This document shows positions 10,340-18,983 of a stretch of DNA of 48,742 nt, piece after piece; positions within the stretch are counted from its first letter, which is position 1; each line of letters starts with the position of its first letter. Below the pieces are notes generated by a model. That model was not told the DNA's origin, searched no databases, and saw only the letters and a list, made by a program, of their open reading frames with translations. The DNA is from Candidatus Parcubacteria bacterium (lineage in GTDB: Bacteria; Patescibacteriota; Patescibacteriia; UBA1558; GWA2-36-10): NCBI GenBank assembly GCA_018664825.1, contig JABJNO010000017.1, positions 1 through 48,742 of the forward strand. The letters run 5' to 3'. Both the position numbers and the translations under genes were made by a program.

Positions 10340-11125
10340 ATGTTGACTCTTGCTTGTTTTGTCCCCCACTCTCCTGTCTTGATTCCGGAAGTAGGGAAAA
10401 AAAACGTAGAACAATTGAATGACACGATAAAAGCTTACCAATCTCTGGAGCATGATCTTTATTCTATGAAACCAGATGTTATTTTGGTTATCTCTCCTCA
10501 CTCTGAGCAAAGGAGCGAGGCTTTTGTCATCAATCAAAGTCCTAAACTAAAAGTTGACTTTAAAAAATTTGGTGATTTGGTTACCAAATTTGAGTTTAAA
10601 AATGATATTGGTTTTGGTTATCAGATCAAAGAATTGGTAGAGACTGAGATGCCGGTAGTTTTGAGTGCTCAAGAAGAGCTTGATTATGGAGCTGGTGTAC
10701 CATTGTTTTTTTTAGCTCAACATTTACCAAAAACAAAAGTAATAAATATCAGTTATTCGGATCTAGACAATGAGCTTCATCTTGAGTTTGGTAGGAAAAT
10801 AAGAAAACAAATAAACCTGACTGGCAAACGAGTGGCCGTAGTTGCTTCTGGGGACCTATCTCACAAGCTTCACGAAGATTCACCAGCTGGATATTCACCT
10901 CGTGGTCAAGAGTTTGATCAAAAGATTATCAAGCTACTGGCAGACAAGGATATCAAAGGTCTAGCTGGGCTTGATCCAGAGCTAGTCAAAGAATCTGGTG
11001 AATGTGGCTACAAATCTTTACTTATTTTGATGGGAATATTGGAAGATATAAATTATCAACCAGAGAAAATGAGCTACCAATCCCCTTTTGGTATTGGGTA
11101 TTTGGTAGAAAACTTCAAAATGTAA
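10340..11125 (+). CDS. MEMO1/LigB-fold protein (AmmeMemoRadiSam protein B-like)
   Basis: VPHSP, ISPH, LDYG, ASGDLSH, GECG, PFGIGY. Confidence 0.85.
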   Translation: MLTLACFVPHSPVLIPEVGKKNVEQLNDTIKAYQSLEHDLYSMKPDVILVISPHSEQRSEAFVINQSPKLKVDFKKFGDLVTKFEFKNDIGFGYQIKELVETEMPVVLSAQEELDYGAGVPLFFLAQHLPKTKVINISYSDLDNELHLEFGRKIRKQINLTGKRVAVVASGDLSHKLHEDSPAGYSPRGQEFDQKIIKLLADKDIKGLAGLDPELVKESGECGYKSLLILMGILEDINYQPEKMSYQSPFGIGYLVENFKM

Positions 11126-11288
11126 TAATTTAATTTGAAAAAGCTAGCTTCCAATTAAAAAATACCGTTCAAATATACATTTGGGCGGTTTTATATTTGA
11201 TTTCTTTATGATTTAGGCGTAAACTCAAAAAGTTAGCGTTGTTTGAAAGTTAAACCTTCTAGAAATAGAAAGAAAGTGAGGTAGTCCA

Positions 11289-12827
11289 ATGGAAAAGTTG
11301 AACATTGTTGGAATTGAGGCCAAATCCTCTGGTTTGCATGTTTATTCTAAGCATGCTGATAATCCCAGAACAGGATTGCCACGTCTATTGACCCCGCTCG
11401 ATCAGCTTGGACACAATTGCAAGATTTATTGCGAAGAGTTGCCGGATTCACGGGTCGATTGGGATATTGTAGCCGAGGCTCATATAGTGATGATTTCATC
11501 TATCACTTCAACCGCACCTCGAGCCTATGACTTGGCTCGTAGGGTTCGAGAGGTCAATCCAAGAGCCACTATTTTGGGTGGTGGTCCACACTTTACCTTT
11601 GAGTACCAAGAGGCACTCGAAAACGGAATTGATTTTGTTTTTCTGCATTGGGCAGACATCAGTTTCTTTGAGTGGCTGGATTGGTATCAGTCGTTGCTAA
11701 ATCCGTGTGAGATTTCGGCTGTTGATCTTGAAGCTCTCCACGGAATTCGTGGTTTAGCCTTTATGATTGCCAATCATCCTCACAAGACCAAGCGTCCTGT
11801 AGAAGTCGATCCCGACACCTGGCCTACTCCAGATTTTCGTCTGGTACAAGGGTACAAGCCCAAGTTTATTGTCCTGATTACATCCGAAGGATGTGATCAC
11901 AACTGTGAGTTTTGCTCAATCTGGGCTATGTACGGTGCCAAATATCGTGCTCGCTCAACTGACAAGGTCATCGAAGATATTCGGTTTTACCGAGAGCTCT
12001 ACGGTAATATACCCATCTTTGTTGGCGATGATAACATGGCAGCTGACACCCTAAACCTCAAAAGAGAGATTGTAGTATCAGGTGAAGATCGTCTGCGCAA
12101 CATTTGTCAGGGCATCATCGATGCTGGTCTTCATGGTAGCTATTCTTGTCAGGTTCGTCTGGCTTTGGGTGATCATCCAGAATTATTGGATTTGATGGCT
12201 CAAGCTGGATTTGATCGAGCTTGTATTGGTTACGAATCGGTAGAACCAGAAAACTTCAAAGCCACTGACGGAAAGCTAGATTTTGACCGCATGGAAGAGC
12301 AGACCGCTGCTTTTCATAGGCACGGTATAGCTATTCACGCTATGTGGGTCCTGGGTTTTGCGGCTGACACTGTAGATACAGTCAAAAAGACCCTCAAGCT
12401 TTGCATGAAGTGGAAAATTGAGACCAATCAATTTATGATCTTGGTACCTATTCCCGGATCTCCGCTTCGGAAGAGACTCCTCAAGCAAGGTAGGGTCCTT
12501 CACAATGACTGGGAAAAATACGATGGACGCCATGTTGTTTTTGAGCCTGAGCTTATCGGAGCTCGCGAACTTCAGGTGGCCGTAGTGCTTGATGCTATGC
12601 CCAAGATTTACAACTTATTCCAGACTTTCCGTATTTACCTCGATGGTAATATGCGGACTCTTGGGAGATGCTTGAGTCATCGGGCGCCTCATCCCAGAAT
12701 TGAGTTTAAGAGTCATCTTGGCACTTTGGCCATGCGTTTGGTAGGATTCAACACTGTTAGGAGAGTCAAAAAAGATACTCTGAAGTATCTGGAGACATTA
12801 AGAAGGTTTAGTAAGTCTGTTGCTTAG
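11289..12827 (+). CDS. Cobalamin-binding radical SAM enzyme
   Basis: N-terminal B12-binding-like domain (ISSITS..., GGPH), CDHNCEFC cluster motif, GDDN, IGYES, PIPGS; SD GAGGT; GC-richer than flanks. Confidence 0.9.
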   Translation: MEKLNIVGIEAKSSGLHVYSKHADNPRTGLPRLLTPLDQLGHNCKIYCEELPDSRVDWDIVAEAHIVMISSITSTAPRAYDLARRVREVNPRATILGGGPHFTFEYQEALENGIDFVFLHWADISFFEWLDWYQSLLNPCEISAVDLEALHGIRGLAFMIANHPHKTKRPVEVDPDTWPTPDFRLVQGYKPKFIVLITSEGCDHNCEFCSIWAMYGAKYRARSTDKVIEDIRFYRELYGNIPIFVGDDNMAADTLNLKREIVVSGEDRLRNICQGIIDAGLHGSYSCQVRLALGDHPELLDLMAQAGFDRACIGYESVEPENFKATDGKLDFDRMEEQTAAFHRHGIAIHAMWVLGFAADTVDTVKKTLKLCMKWKIETNQFMILVPIPGSPLRKRLLKQGRVLHNDWEKYDGRHVVFEPELIGARELQVAVVLDAMPKIYNLFQTFRIYLDGNMRTLGRCLSHRAPHPRIEFKSHLGTLAMRLVGFNTVRRVKKDTLKYLETLRRFSKSVA

Positions 12828-12841
12828 GCAACAGTTTTGTG

Positions 12842-12876
12842 CCCGCGGTTTCGTATTAGCGAAACCGCGGGTTTTT
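12842..12876 (+). terminator. Intrinsic terminator of radical SAM unit
   Basis: CCCGCGGTTTCG-TATTAG-CGAAACCGCGGG followed by TTTTT. Confidence 0.9.
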
Positions 12877-13399
12877 ATTTTTTTATAATATTTTGAATAA
12901 ATTTATTTTTGAGAGCAGTATATTTTGGTCGGTCATCAGCATATTTTAAAAATAAATCCTGTTTTAGTTTTTGGTATTCATCTCGAGCAGATTTATCTTT
13001 TATCAAGTAGTCACGAAATTGTATAAGATTTTTCCAATCTTGACCTTGATGTTTTTCAATGTGTAGGTAAATTGTACGGTTTTCTTCTGGACCCTTGGCC
13101 AAAAACACTCTATTTTCTGAGCTGGCATCGGGACGAAAATGGTAGCCGATTTTTTCTAAAGGCTCTAAACATATTTTAGCTTTATCTATATCCTCTACTG
13201 CTAGAGCAATATCAATAATTGGCTTGGCAGAAATTTTTGGAATAGCAGTGCTACCAACATGTTGGATGTCGATTATTTTTATACGTGGAGATAAAGTTTT
13301 TTCTAGTAGTTCTTTTTCTGTCAAAAATAATTTTGGCCAACTTTTATTGTAGGGTGAAAGTTTTACAATGCCTCTTTTTAGACCAATTTCTTTAGCCAT
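12875..13399 (-). CDS. GrpB/UPF0157 family nucleotidyltransferase-fold protein
   Basis: YNxxWP..F, HVGSTAIP..AKPIIDI, FRDYL, Y..LK. Confidence 0.92.
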   Translation of the reverse strand: MAKEIGLKRGIVKLSPYNKSWPKLFLTEKELLEKTLSPRIKIIDIQHVGSTAIPKISAKPIIDIALAVEDIDKAKICLEPLEKIGYHFRPDASSENRVFLAKGPEENRTIYLHIEKHQGQDWKNLIQFRDYLIKDKSARDEYQKLKQDLFLKYADDRPKYTALKNKFIQNIIKK

Positions 13400-13994
13400 T
13401 ATTTTTCATATAGATAAATATCATAGTACCAGCTACAAGTAGCCCGGTTAGTAGGAATATTGCATAGAGAATTCTTTTTTGTTGTTCACTTTTTGGTTTT
13501 TGCTTATTTTTCCATTGTTTTTTCTTTTGCCCAATAACAAAAGTAACAAACAGCGCAATCCAAATAGGAATCATAGAAGAGCTATCATTATCACTATCAC
13601 TATTGCTAGAGTCTAGAGTACCTTCAGGACTAAATATATACATCGCAACTACAATAAGTAGTACGCCAATTGCACTGAAAATACTAAATTTTATTTTTTT
13701 CTTTTGGTCAATAGTGGTATTGCTTCCTTGCTTGGTGTTTTTCCATCTGTCCAATGTAGGCATTAGCGCAGTAAACTTTTTTTTGGCATCATATTCAGAA
13801 ATGTTTTTTTTGGACATTTCTATAGATGTCATTTTATCAATCTGTCCTTGCATAGTAGCGTGTGGATTGGTAAAAAATCCACCTTGAAAACAATTGCGAC
13901 AATATGTCCCATTTGATTTTCCATCTTTGGTAGTACCAAAGTCTCCGTGTTTTTCCATTGGCACGCCACAACTTTGGCATAGTACTTTTTGCAT
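13392..13994 (-). CDS. Zinc-ribbon (CQSCGxP...YCxxC) protein with C-terminal TM helices
   Basis: CQSCGVPM, YCRNCF, PTLDRW followed by about three hydrophobic segments. Confidence 0.8.
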   Translation of the reverse strand: MQKVLCQSCGVPMEKHGDFGTTKDGKSNGTYCRNCFQGGFFTNPHATMQGQIDKMTSIEMSKKNISEYDAKKKFTALMPTLDRWKNTKQGSNTTIDQKKKIKFSIFSAIGVLLIVVAMYIFSPEGTLDSSNSDSDNDSSSMIPIWIALFVTFVIGQKKKQWKNKQKPKSEQQKRILYAIFLLTGLLVAGTMIFIYMKNNG

Positions 13995-13998
13995 AGTT

Positions 13999-14466
13999 TT
14001 ATATTAATTTTTTCATTGGCTGTATTTTGAGTCCGTGGAAAGTCCGTACTCCAGTAGTTTTTTTGTAGCCTACTTTTGTATAAAAAGGTACAGCGTATAG
14101 TGAGGCTCGTATTCTTATTTCTTTTGAACCTATTTTTTTGACGCTAGTTTCAAATTTTTGCATTAGTTGACGACCAATACCCATTTTGTGATAAGTGCCA
14201 TCTACAAAAAGATTGGTACCTCTATTTTTGCGTCCTCGGACCATACCAACTATTTTGTTTTTGTAAACCGCAACATAAATAAAAGCGGAGTTCAAAAAAT
14301 TTTCCTCTAGATTTTTCAAATCATTTTTCTTTGGATCTACTCTATCAATATAATCTTGAATAGCTTTTTTACTACCTTCTGTTTTATTGAATTTGGCATA
14401 GGTGTGAGAGATCAGCCGAGCAACATCTTTGGTGTCAGCTTTTTTGAATTGGCGGATTTTGACCAT
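13999..14466 (-). CDS. GNAT family N-acetyltransferase
   Basis: LFV..YHKMGIGRQL acetyl-CoA motif, ASLYAVPFYxKxGY. Confidence 0.9.
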   Translation of the reverse strand: MVKIRQFKKADTKDVARLISHTYAKFNKTEGSKKAIQDYIDRVDPKKNDLKNLEENFLNSAFIYVAVYKNKIVGMVRGRKNRGTNLFVDGTYHKMGIGRQLMQKFETSVKKIGSKEIRIRASLYAVPFYTKVGYKKTTGVRTFHGLKIQPMKKLI

Positions 14467-14725
14467 GTTTTTGAGCTACTAATTTAAAAAAATATTTCCA
14501 TTGTTGGTTTCCTTGAGCCAACTCTCTTGTGTCATCAAGGCATTTTTCTACAAAACTTTTGTCATTATCTTTGCATATTTTAAAAACAGAGCCGCGCTTG
14601 AAGTTTGGCACTCCCAATTCTTCGATGATTTTTAAAGCAAAATCCTGCCATTGATAAGCAGGGGCCTTTATAGTAGGTTTGTCTTCTTTTTTCTTATCTT
14701 GAAAGATATCTGATATTTGTTGCAT
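14435..14725 (-). CDS. Small hypothetical protein
   Basis: Likely start ATG 14725 (MQQISD); YQWQDFAL..., WKYFFK; the ORF-track extension overlaps the divergent promoter and gene. Confidence 0.7.
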   Translation of the reverse strand: MQQISDIFQDKKKEDKPTIKAPAYQWQDFALKIIEELGVPNFKRGSVFKICKDNDKSFVEKCLDDTRELAQGNQQWKYFFKLVAQKHGQNPPIQKS

Positions 14726-14761
14726 AATTAAATTATACCAGATAAAAAAACCTTTATATAG

Positions 14762-14790
14762 TTGACAAAACACCTTATTTATATTATAGT
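14762..14790 (+). promoter_or_regulatory. sigma70 promoter
   Basis: TTGACA-17 nt-TATAGT upstream of 14810. Confidence 0.75.
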
Positions 14791-14809
14791 ATAGACTGAT
14801 TATTTTATT

Positions 14810-16111
14810 ATGAAAAATCGAGAGAAAAACCCCAATAACCAAGAAGAAGAAAATGTATCTAATACAGATGAAAAACCGGTTTTTAATACTGATAAAATAG
14901 TAGAAGATGTAGCACAAAGACCTGAATTGTTAGAATATTTTGATTGTGATAGTGAAAAATTTAAACTAGCCATTCAAAAAGCTATTGATAAAATATTTGC
15001 CACTGTCGAATCTCCGGACGATCAGGATGCCATTGCTAGCTTACTAGAATCTTTTACTAGTCATCTAGTTGAAAAACAAAACACTAGAGATACTGAGTTT
15101 GTTCATGGAGCTGGCACTTTTGCCCTTAAAGGAATAATTGAAGATGCTCAGATTATACGTCGTGGAAAAGGAGTTGGTGGAGCTGATGTTGAAATGGGAC
15201 ATGAAATTTCTGATACAGAAGAAGGTAAAAAAGAAACTTATATTTCCGTTTCAATGAATAGCGATGTAGGCTATGCTATATCATATGCTTATGCTCGTGG
15301 ATTTGAAAGACCAGAAACAAAGCAAGATTTATTGTTAGATTCAAATAAAATAAATGGAACAAATGTTCACTTGGAAGTTTTTAGGGGTATGTCTGCTGAA
15401 GAAAAAAAAGATTTTCAAGAAAAATACCCACATATTACCGAAGAATTTATAGCTCAAGTTAGTGAACGTCCTCATTATTTTGATCCAGTCATTGAAAAGG
15501 AAAAGACCTTTATCTATCAAGAAGTTATTGATAGACTAAACTTAGAAGGAGTCGTTCCTGATTCTCCTATGGGTACTACAAATGTTGGAGAAATACAACA
15601 CTTAATAGGTAAAGTAAATAACAATGAAGTTTTAAATACTATATTTGCAAGTTTAAAAAAAGAAATCGAAACTTATCCAGACACAGAAATATCAAGAATT
15701 GTAGTCAGATATCAAGCCATGCTTGATAGGACAAAAGAAAGGTTGGGTCAATATGAATCTTTAGATGAAGATGAGAGAAAATCTTGGACTCATCAACATC
15801 CAGTTATGTTTGGTATCAAAAAGCCAGGGGTAAAAGATTTGAAAATTAGAGATAAAAATGCTGACGGTCAAGATATTCAGCCATTTGGTCAAGAAAGACG
15901 TATTTATGATGATATTGATTTGATGGCCATAAGTACTATTGAAGTGCCTCAGGCTATGATTCCTGAAGTAAAAAAAATGTTAGAACAAAAAGTTGCAACT
16001 ATTTCAGATGCAATATTGATAGAACATATATCCAAAATAAAAATAAGCCCACTTGAATATTATGAGATCGAAAGAGTCATAAAAGATCAAGTAAGAGAAT
16101 TACAAGAATAA
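14810..16111 (+). CDS. Acidic hypothetical protein, possible ADP-ribosyltransferase-like fold
   Basis: 433 aa; FVHGAG..ALKGII, YISVS, AISYA and distal GQE resemble ART-fold motifs (inference). Confidence 0.6.
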   Translation: MKNREKNPNNQEEENVSNTDEKPVFNTDKIVEDVAQRPELLEYFDCDSEKFKLAIQKAIDKIFATVESPDDQDAIASLLESFTSHLVEKQNTRDTEFVHGAGTFALKGIIEDAQIIRRGKGVGGADVEMGHEISDTEEGKKETYISVSMNSDVGYAISYAYARGFERPETKQDLLLDSNKINGTNVHLEVFRGMSAEEKKDFQEKYPHITEEFIAQVSERPHYFDPVIEKEKTFIYQEVIDRLNLEGVVPDSPMGTTNVGEIQHLIGKVNNNEVLNTIFASLKKEIETYPDTEISRIVVRYQAMLDRTKERLGQYESLDEDERKSWTHQHPVMFGIKKPGVKDLKIRDKNADGQDIQPFGQERRIYDDIDLMAISTIEVPQAMIPEVKKMLEQKVATISDAILIEHISKIKISPLEYYEIERVIKDQVRELQE

Positions 16112-16113
16112 TT

Positions 16114-16608
16114 ATGTTAAAAATAGCCAAATATCCAGAACAGATTTTGCGCCAAACCGCTAAGCCAATTAGCGATTTTAATGATGATTTAAAGGCATTG
16201 GCCGATGAAATGGCTGAGGTTATGTATAAGGATGATGGCATTGGTTTGGCTGCTCCACAGGTCAGCAAAAGCATGAGATTGATCGTAGTAGGAACCTCTA
16301 GAGGTAAATATAGAGTTTATGTAAATCCAGAAATCACTTTTTTTTCAAAAGACAAAGGCAGAAGTGAAGAAGGTTGTTTGTCATTGCCGCAGATATTTGG
16401 TTGGGTTACTAGAGCAAAGAAAATTCATGTCAAATATCAAGATCTAGAAGGTAATGTTTATAAAGAAAAATTAAAAGGTTTGGAATCTATTGTTTTACAA
16501 CATGAACTGGATCACTTAAATGGAATTTTATTTATTGACCGAGCTGAAAAAATCAGCAAAGGTCGAGAACTTTTAGATAGCTTAAAAGCAAAACTTGATG
16601 AAAAGTAA
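16114..16608 (+). CDS. def: Peptide deformylase
   Basis: GIGLAAPQ, EGCLS, QHELDH. Confidence 0.97.
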   Translation: MLKIAKYPEQILRQTAKPISDFNDDLKALADEMAEVMYKDDGIGLAAPQVSKSMRLIVVGTSRGKYRVYVNPEITFFSKDKGRSEEGCLSLPQIFGWVTRAKKIHVKYQDLEGNVYKEKLKGLESIVLQHELDHLNGILFIDRAEKISKGRELLDSLKAKLDEK

Positions 16609-17506
16609 ATTAATATTTTGGGGCACTCCTCTATTTGCGGTGCCTAGTCTAAAATCTTTGCATGATTTGGCTTTGGTGAGTGCTGTAATAAGTCAGCCTG
16701 ACAGACCAGCTGGTCGTGGTAAAAAACTTGTTTCCTCACCAGTCAAAGAATATGCCAAACAAAATAATATAGATGTTTTAGAGCCTAGTCATTTGGACGA
16801 GGCTTTTGTGCTTGAGCTAAAAAAATACCTACCAGCTACTTTTGTAGTAGTTGCTTATGGCAAGATTATTCCCCAAGATGTGTTGGATTTGTCTGAGCTT
16901 TTGGCTCTCAATATTCATCCTTCTGCCCTACCAATTTTGCGTGGACCATCCCCTATTCAAACGGCTATTTTAAAAGGTTTCGAGACCACAGCAGTGTCAT
17001 TGATGCAATTGGACAAAAAAATGGACCATGGGCCAATTTTAGGCCAAATTGAGGCCAAAATAGAGCCAAACGAAGATTATATTGAGCTATCTGAGAGGCT
17101 ATCTAGTATAGGAGCTGATTTGTTGACCAACAAGATACGAGATTATCTTGATGGCAAGCTCACTCCCCAGGTTCAGGATGACTCACAGGCCACTTTTTGT
17201 AAGATGATAAAAAAAGAAGATGGTAAGATAGATTGGCAAGATACAGCGATTAATATTCACAACAAAGTCCGAGCCTATCGTGCTTGGCCCTCTGCCTTTA
17301 CTACTATCAAAGATATTGATATAAAAATTATCAAAACAAAAATTGTAGATAAAAATCTACAACCAGCGGAAATATTTATTGAAAAAGATGAATTTATAAT
17401 CGGTACAGGAGACAAATCTTTGCAAGTGTTGGAGCTCCAGCCAAGTGGAAAAAAAATAATGACAGCTTCGGAATTTTTACGAGGCTACCAAAATAAACTA
17501 AAATAA
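16598..17506 (+). CDS. fmt: Methionyl-tRNA formyltransferase
   Basis: FWGTPLFA, QPDRPAGRG, VAYG, NIHPS.LP..RG.SPIQ; adjacent to def. Confidence 0.96.
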   Translation: MKSKLIFWGTPLFAVPSLKSLHDLALVSAVISQPDRPAGRGKKLVSSPVKEYAKQNNIDVLEPSHLDEAFVLELKKYLPATFVVVAYGKIIPQDVLDLSELLALNIHPSALPILRGPSPIQTAILKGFETTAVSLMQLDKKMDHGPILGQIEAKIEPNEDYIELSERLSSIGADLLTNKIRDYLDGKLTPQVQDDSQATFCKMIKKEDGKIDWQDTAINIHNKVRAYRAWPSAFTTIKDIDIKIIKTKIVDKNLQPAEIFIEKDEFIIGTGDKSLQVLELQPSGKKIMTASEFLRGYQNKLK

Positions 17507-17546
17507 AAAAACACCCTGACTAATCAAGGTGTTTTTTAGTTTTTTA
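17506..17546. terminator. Bidirectional terminator between fmt and convergent gene
   Basis: AAAAAAACACC...GGTGTTTTTT inverted repeat. Confidence 0.7.
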
Positions 17547-17981
17547 TTCTTTAACTTGAAATGGCTCAGGTCTAATAAATTTTGTGCCTGGTATTATAAT
17601 TTCACCCTTGATGTTACCAGCTTCCTTGAGTCTATCGGCTTCTTCTTTGAGTGCTTCATCAATCAGTATATCACCATCAACATGTAGAGTGTCAGGTAAG
17701 CTGTTAATTTTTACGCCCTTAATATCCAAGGATCCTTGAACATGCAAGTTTTCAGGAAGCTTAGCAATATCCAGGTGTGTCAATTCTAAATTACCATGAA
17801 CATTTAAACCATCTGGTAATTCTTTTATTTCACTACCATACAAGTTTAAACTTCTTTGTATATGATCTGGATTTTCAGCTAATATAGCTTCAAATTGTTC
17901 TTTAGTAAGAGCGGTTCTGTGCTCTTCGGGTTCTTGTTTTAAATCTATTGGTTGTTCTTCTGGTTGTTCTCCAATTTTCAT
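17544..17981 (-). CDS. Acidic protein with short leucine-rich (LPxxLxVxGxL) repeats
   Basis: Three LP(D/E)xLxVxG repeats at 20-aa spacing. Confidence 0.75.
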   Translation of the reverse strand: MKIGEQPEEQPIDLKQEPEEHRTALTKEQFEAILAENPDHIQRSLNLYGSEIKELPDGLNVHGNLELTHLDIAKLPENLHVQGSLDIKGVKINSLPDTLHVDGDILIDEALKEEADRLKEAGNIKGEIIIPGTKFIRPEPFQVKE

Positions 17982-18073
17982 AATGTTTATAGTTTAATTA
18001 TTACAATATAATAATATCAAATTTTAAAATTCTAGTAAATATTGATCAAAATAAAGAAATATTTTTTTGATTT

Positions 18074-18391
18074 CTAAATTTCGTCGTAAGACATTCCAGA
18101 TTCTGCTTCCAAAACTTGTCTACGTCCAGCTTTACCATTTTCATCACTGGCAAGCTCAACCATTCTTTTGGCTGCTACCCAGTCCTCTTTTTTTCTATAA
18201 GCTCTAAACAAATCACGACTACGATCATCTAGCCAACCTTCGTCATAATTTGGTTTATCCTTGTTATCCAGCATCCATTGCTCAGCTGCATTCAAATAAC
18301 CCTGATCTATTGCTTCATTGAAATGAGATGTTTTTCCAATAACAGGACGTTGTTCAACTGCTGATTTTAAAATTTCACCTTCATGGTTCAT
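18074..18391 (-). CDS. Hypothetical protein
   Basis: 105-aa ORF, host-like composition. Confidence 0.7.
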   Translation of the reverse strand: MNHEGEILKSAVEQRPVIGKTSHFNEAIDQGYLNAAEQWMLDNKDKPNYDEGWLDDRSRDLFRAYRKKEDWVAAKRMVELASDENGKAGRRQVLEAESGMSYDEI

Positions 18392-18412
18392 ATGTATTTT
18401 GTTTAATTATTT

Positions 18413-18979
18413 TTATTTATCTTTTCTATTTTTTAATTCCAAAAAAGCTCGTTGGACTAGCTCAAGGTATTTGTTATGTATTTCTTGGCTTTTGACTCGG
18501 GCTTTTTTGATGTCAGCTGCAGAAATATCTTCTTTTCTTAATTTAGTCAATTCAGCGTTCAATTGTTTACTCAATTCAGCACTTTGTTGTTGGTAATAGT
18601 TACTTCCATCCCCATCAAACATTACCAATATTGTGGCCAGTTGAGTGCCTAGTTTATCAACATTGATTATTATTTCTTTGACTACTTCAAGAAGTTTTTC
18701 TCCGCTGTCACCAATTTTTTCAATAATTTCACTACTAAGATGAGACATCATATCTTCAAAAGAAAGGGATTCTTCTGGATTGTCCAAGCCTTTTTCTTGA
18801 CGATGTCTTTCGACTTGCCTTGCTTCTATAGTTTTTTGATCTTCAGGTTGATTGGCCTTCATCTTTTCTAGGATGGCTTTTTTTTGGTTTTCATAATCTA
18901 CTGCAGTTGTATCCAGGGCATTTAGCTGATCCATCAACTCATCACTTGATAGTTTATCTTGTGGTTTATCAAAACTCAT
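18413..18979 (-). CDS. Acidic helical hypothetical protein
   Basis: 188-aa E/K/Q-rich ORF starting MSFDKP. Confidence 0.7.
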   Translation of the reverse strand: MSFDKPQDKLSSDELMDQLNALDTTAVDYENQKKAILEKMKANQPEDQKTIEARQVERHRQEKGLDNPEESLSFEDMMSHLSSEIIEKIGDSGEKLLEVVKEIIINVDKLGTQLATILVMFDGDGSNYYQQQSAELSKQLNAELTKLRKEDISAADIKKARVKSQEIHNKYLELVQRAFLELKNRKDK

Positions 18980-18983
18980 ATTT

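Noticed and set aside
10340-12827. AmmeMemoRadiSam operon (MEMO-like gene next to a radical SAM gene)
   Set aside because: The radical SAM is a B12-binding type, not the AmrS type; it is separated by a hairpin and differs in composition; no AMMECR1 domain in the window
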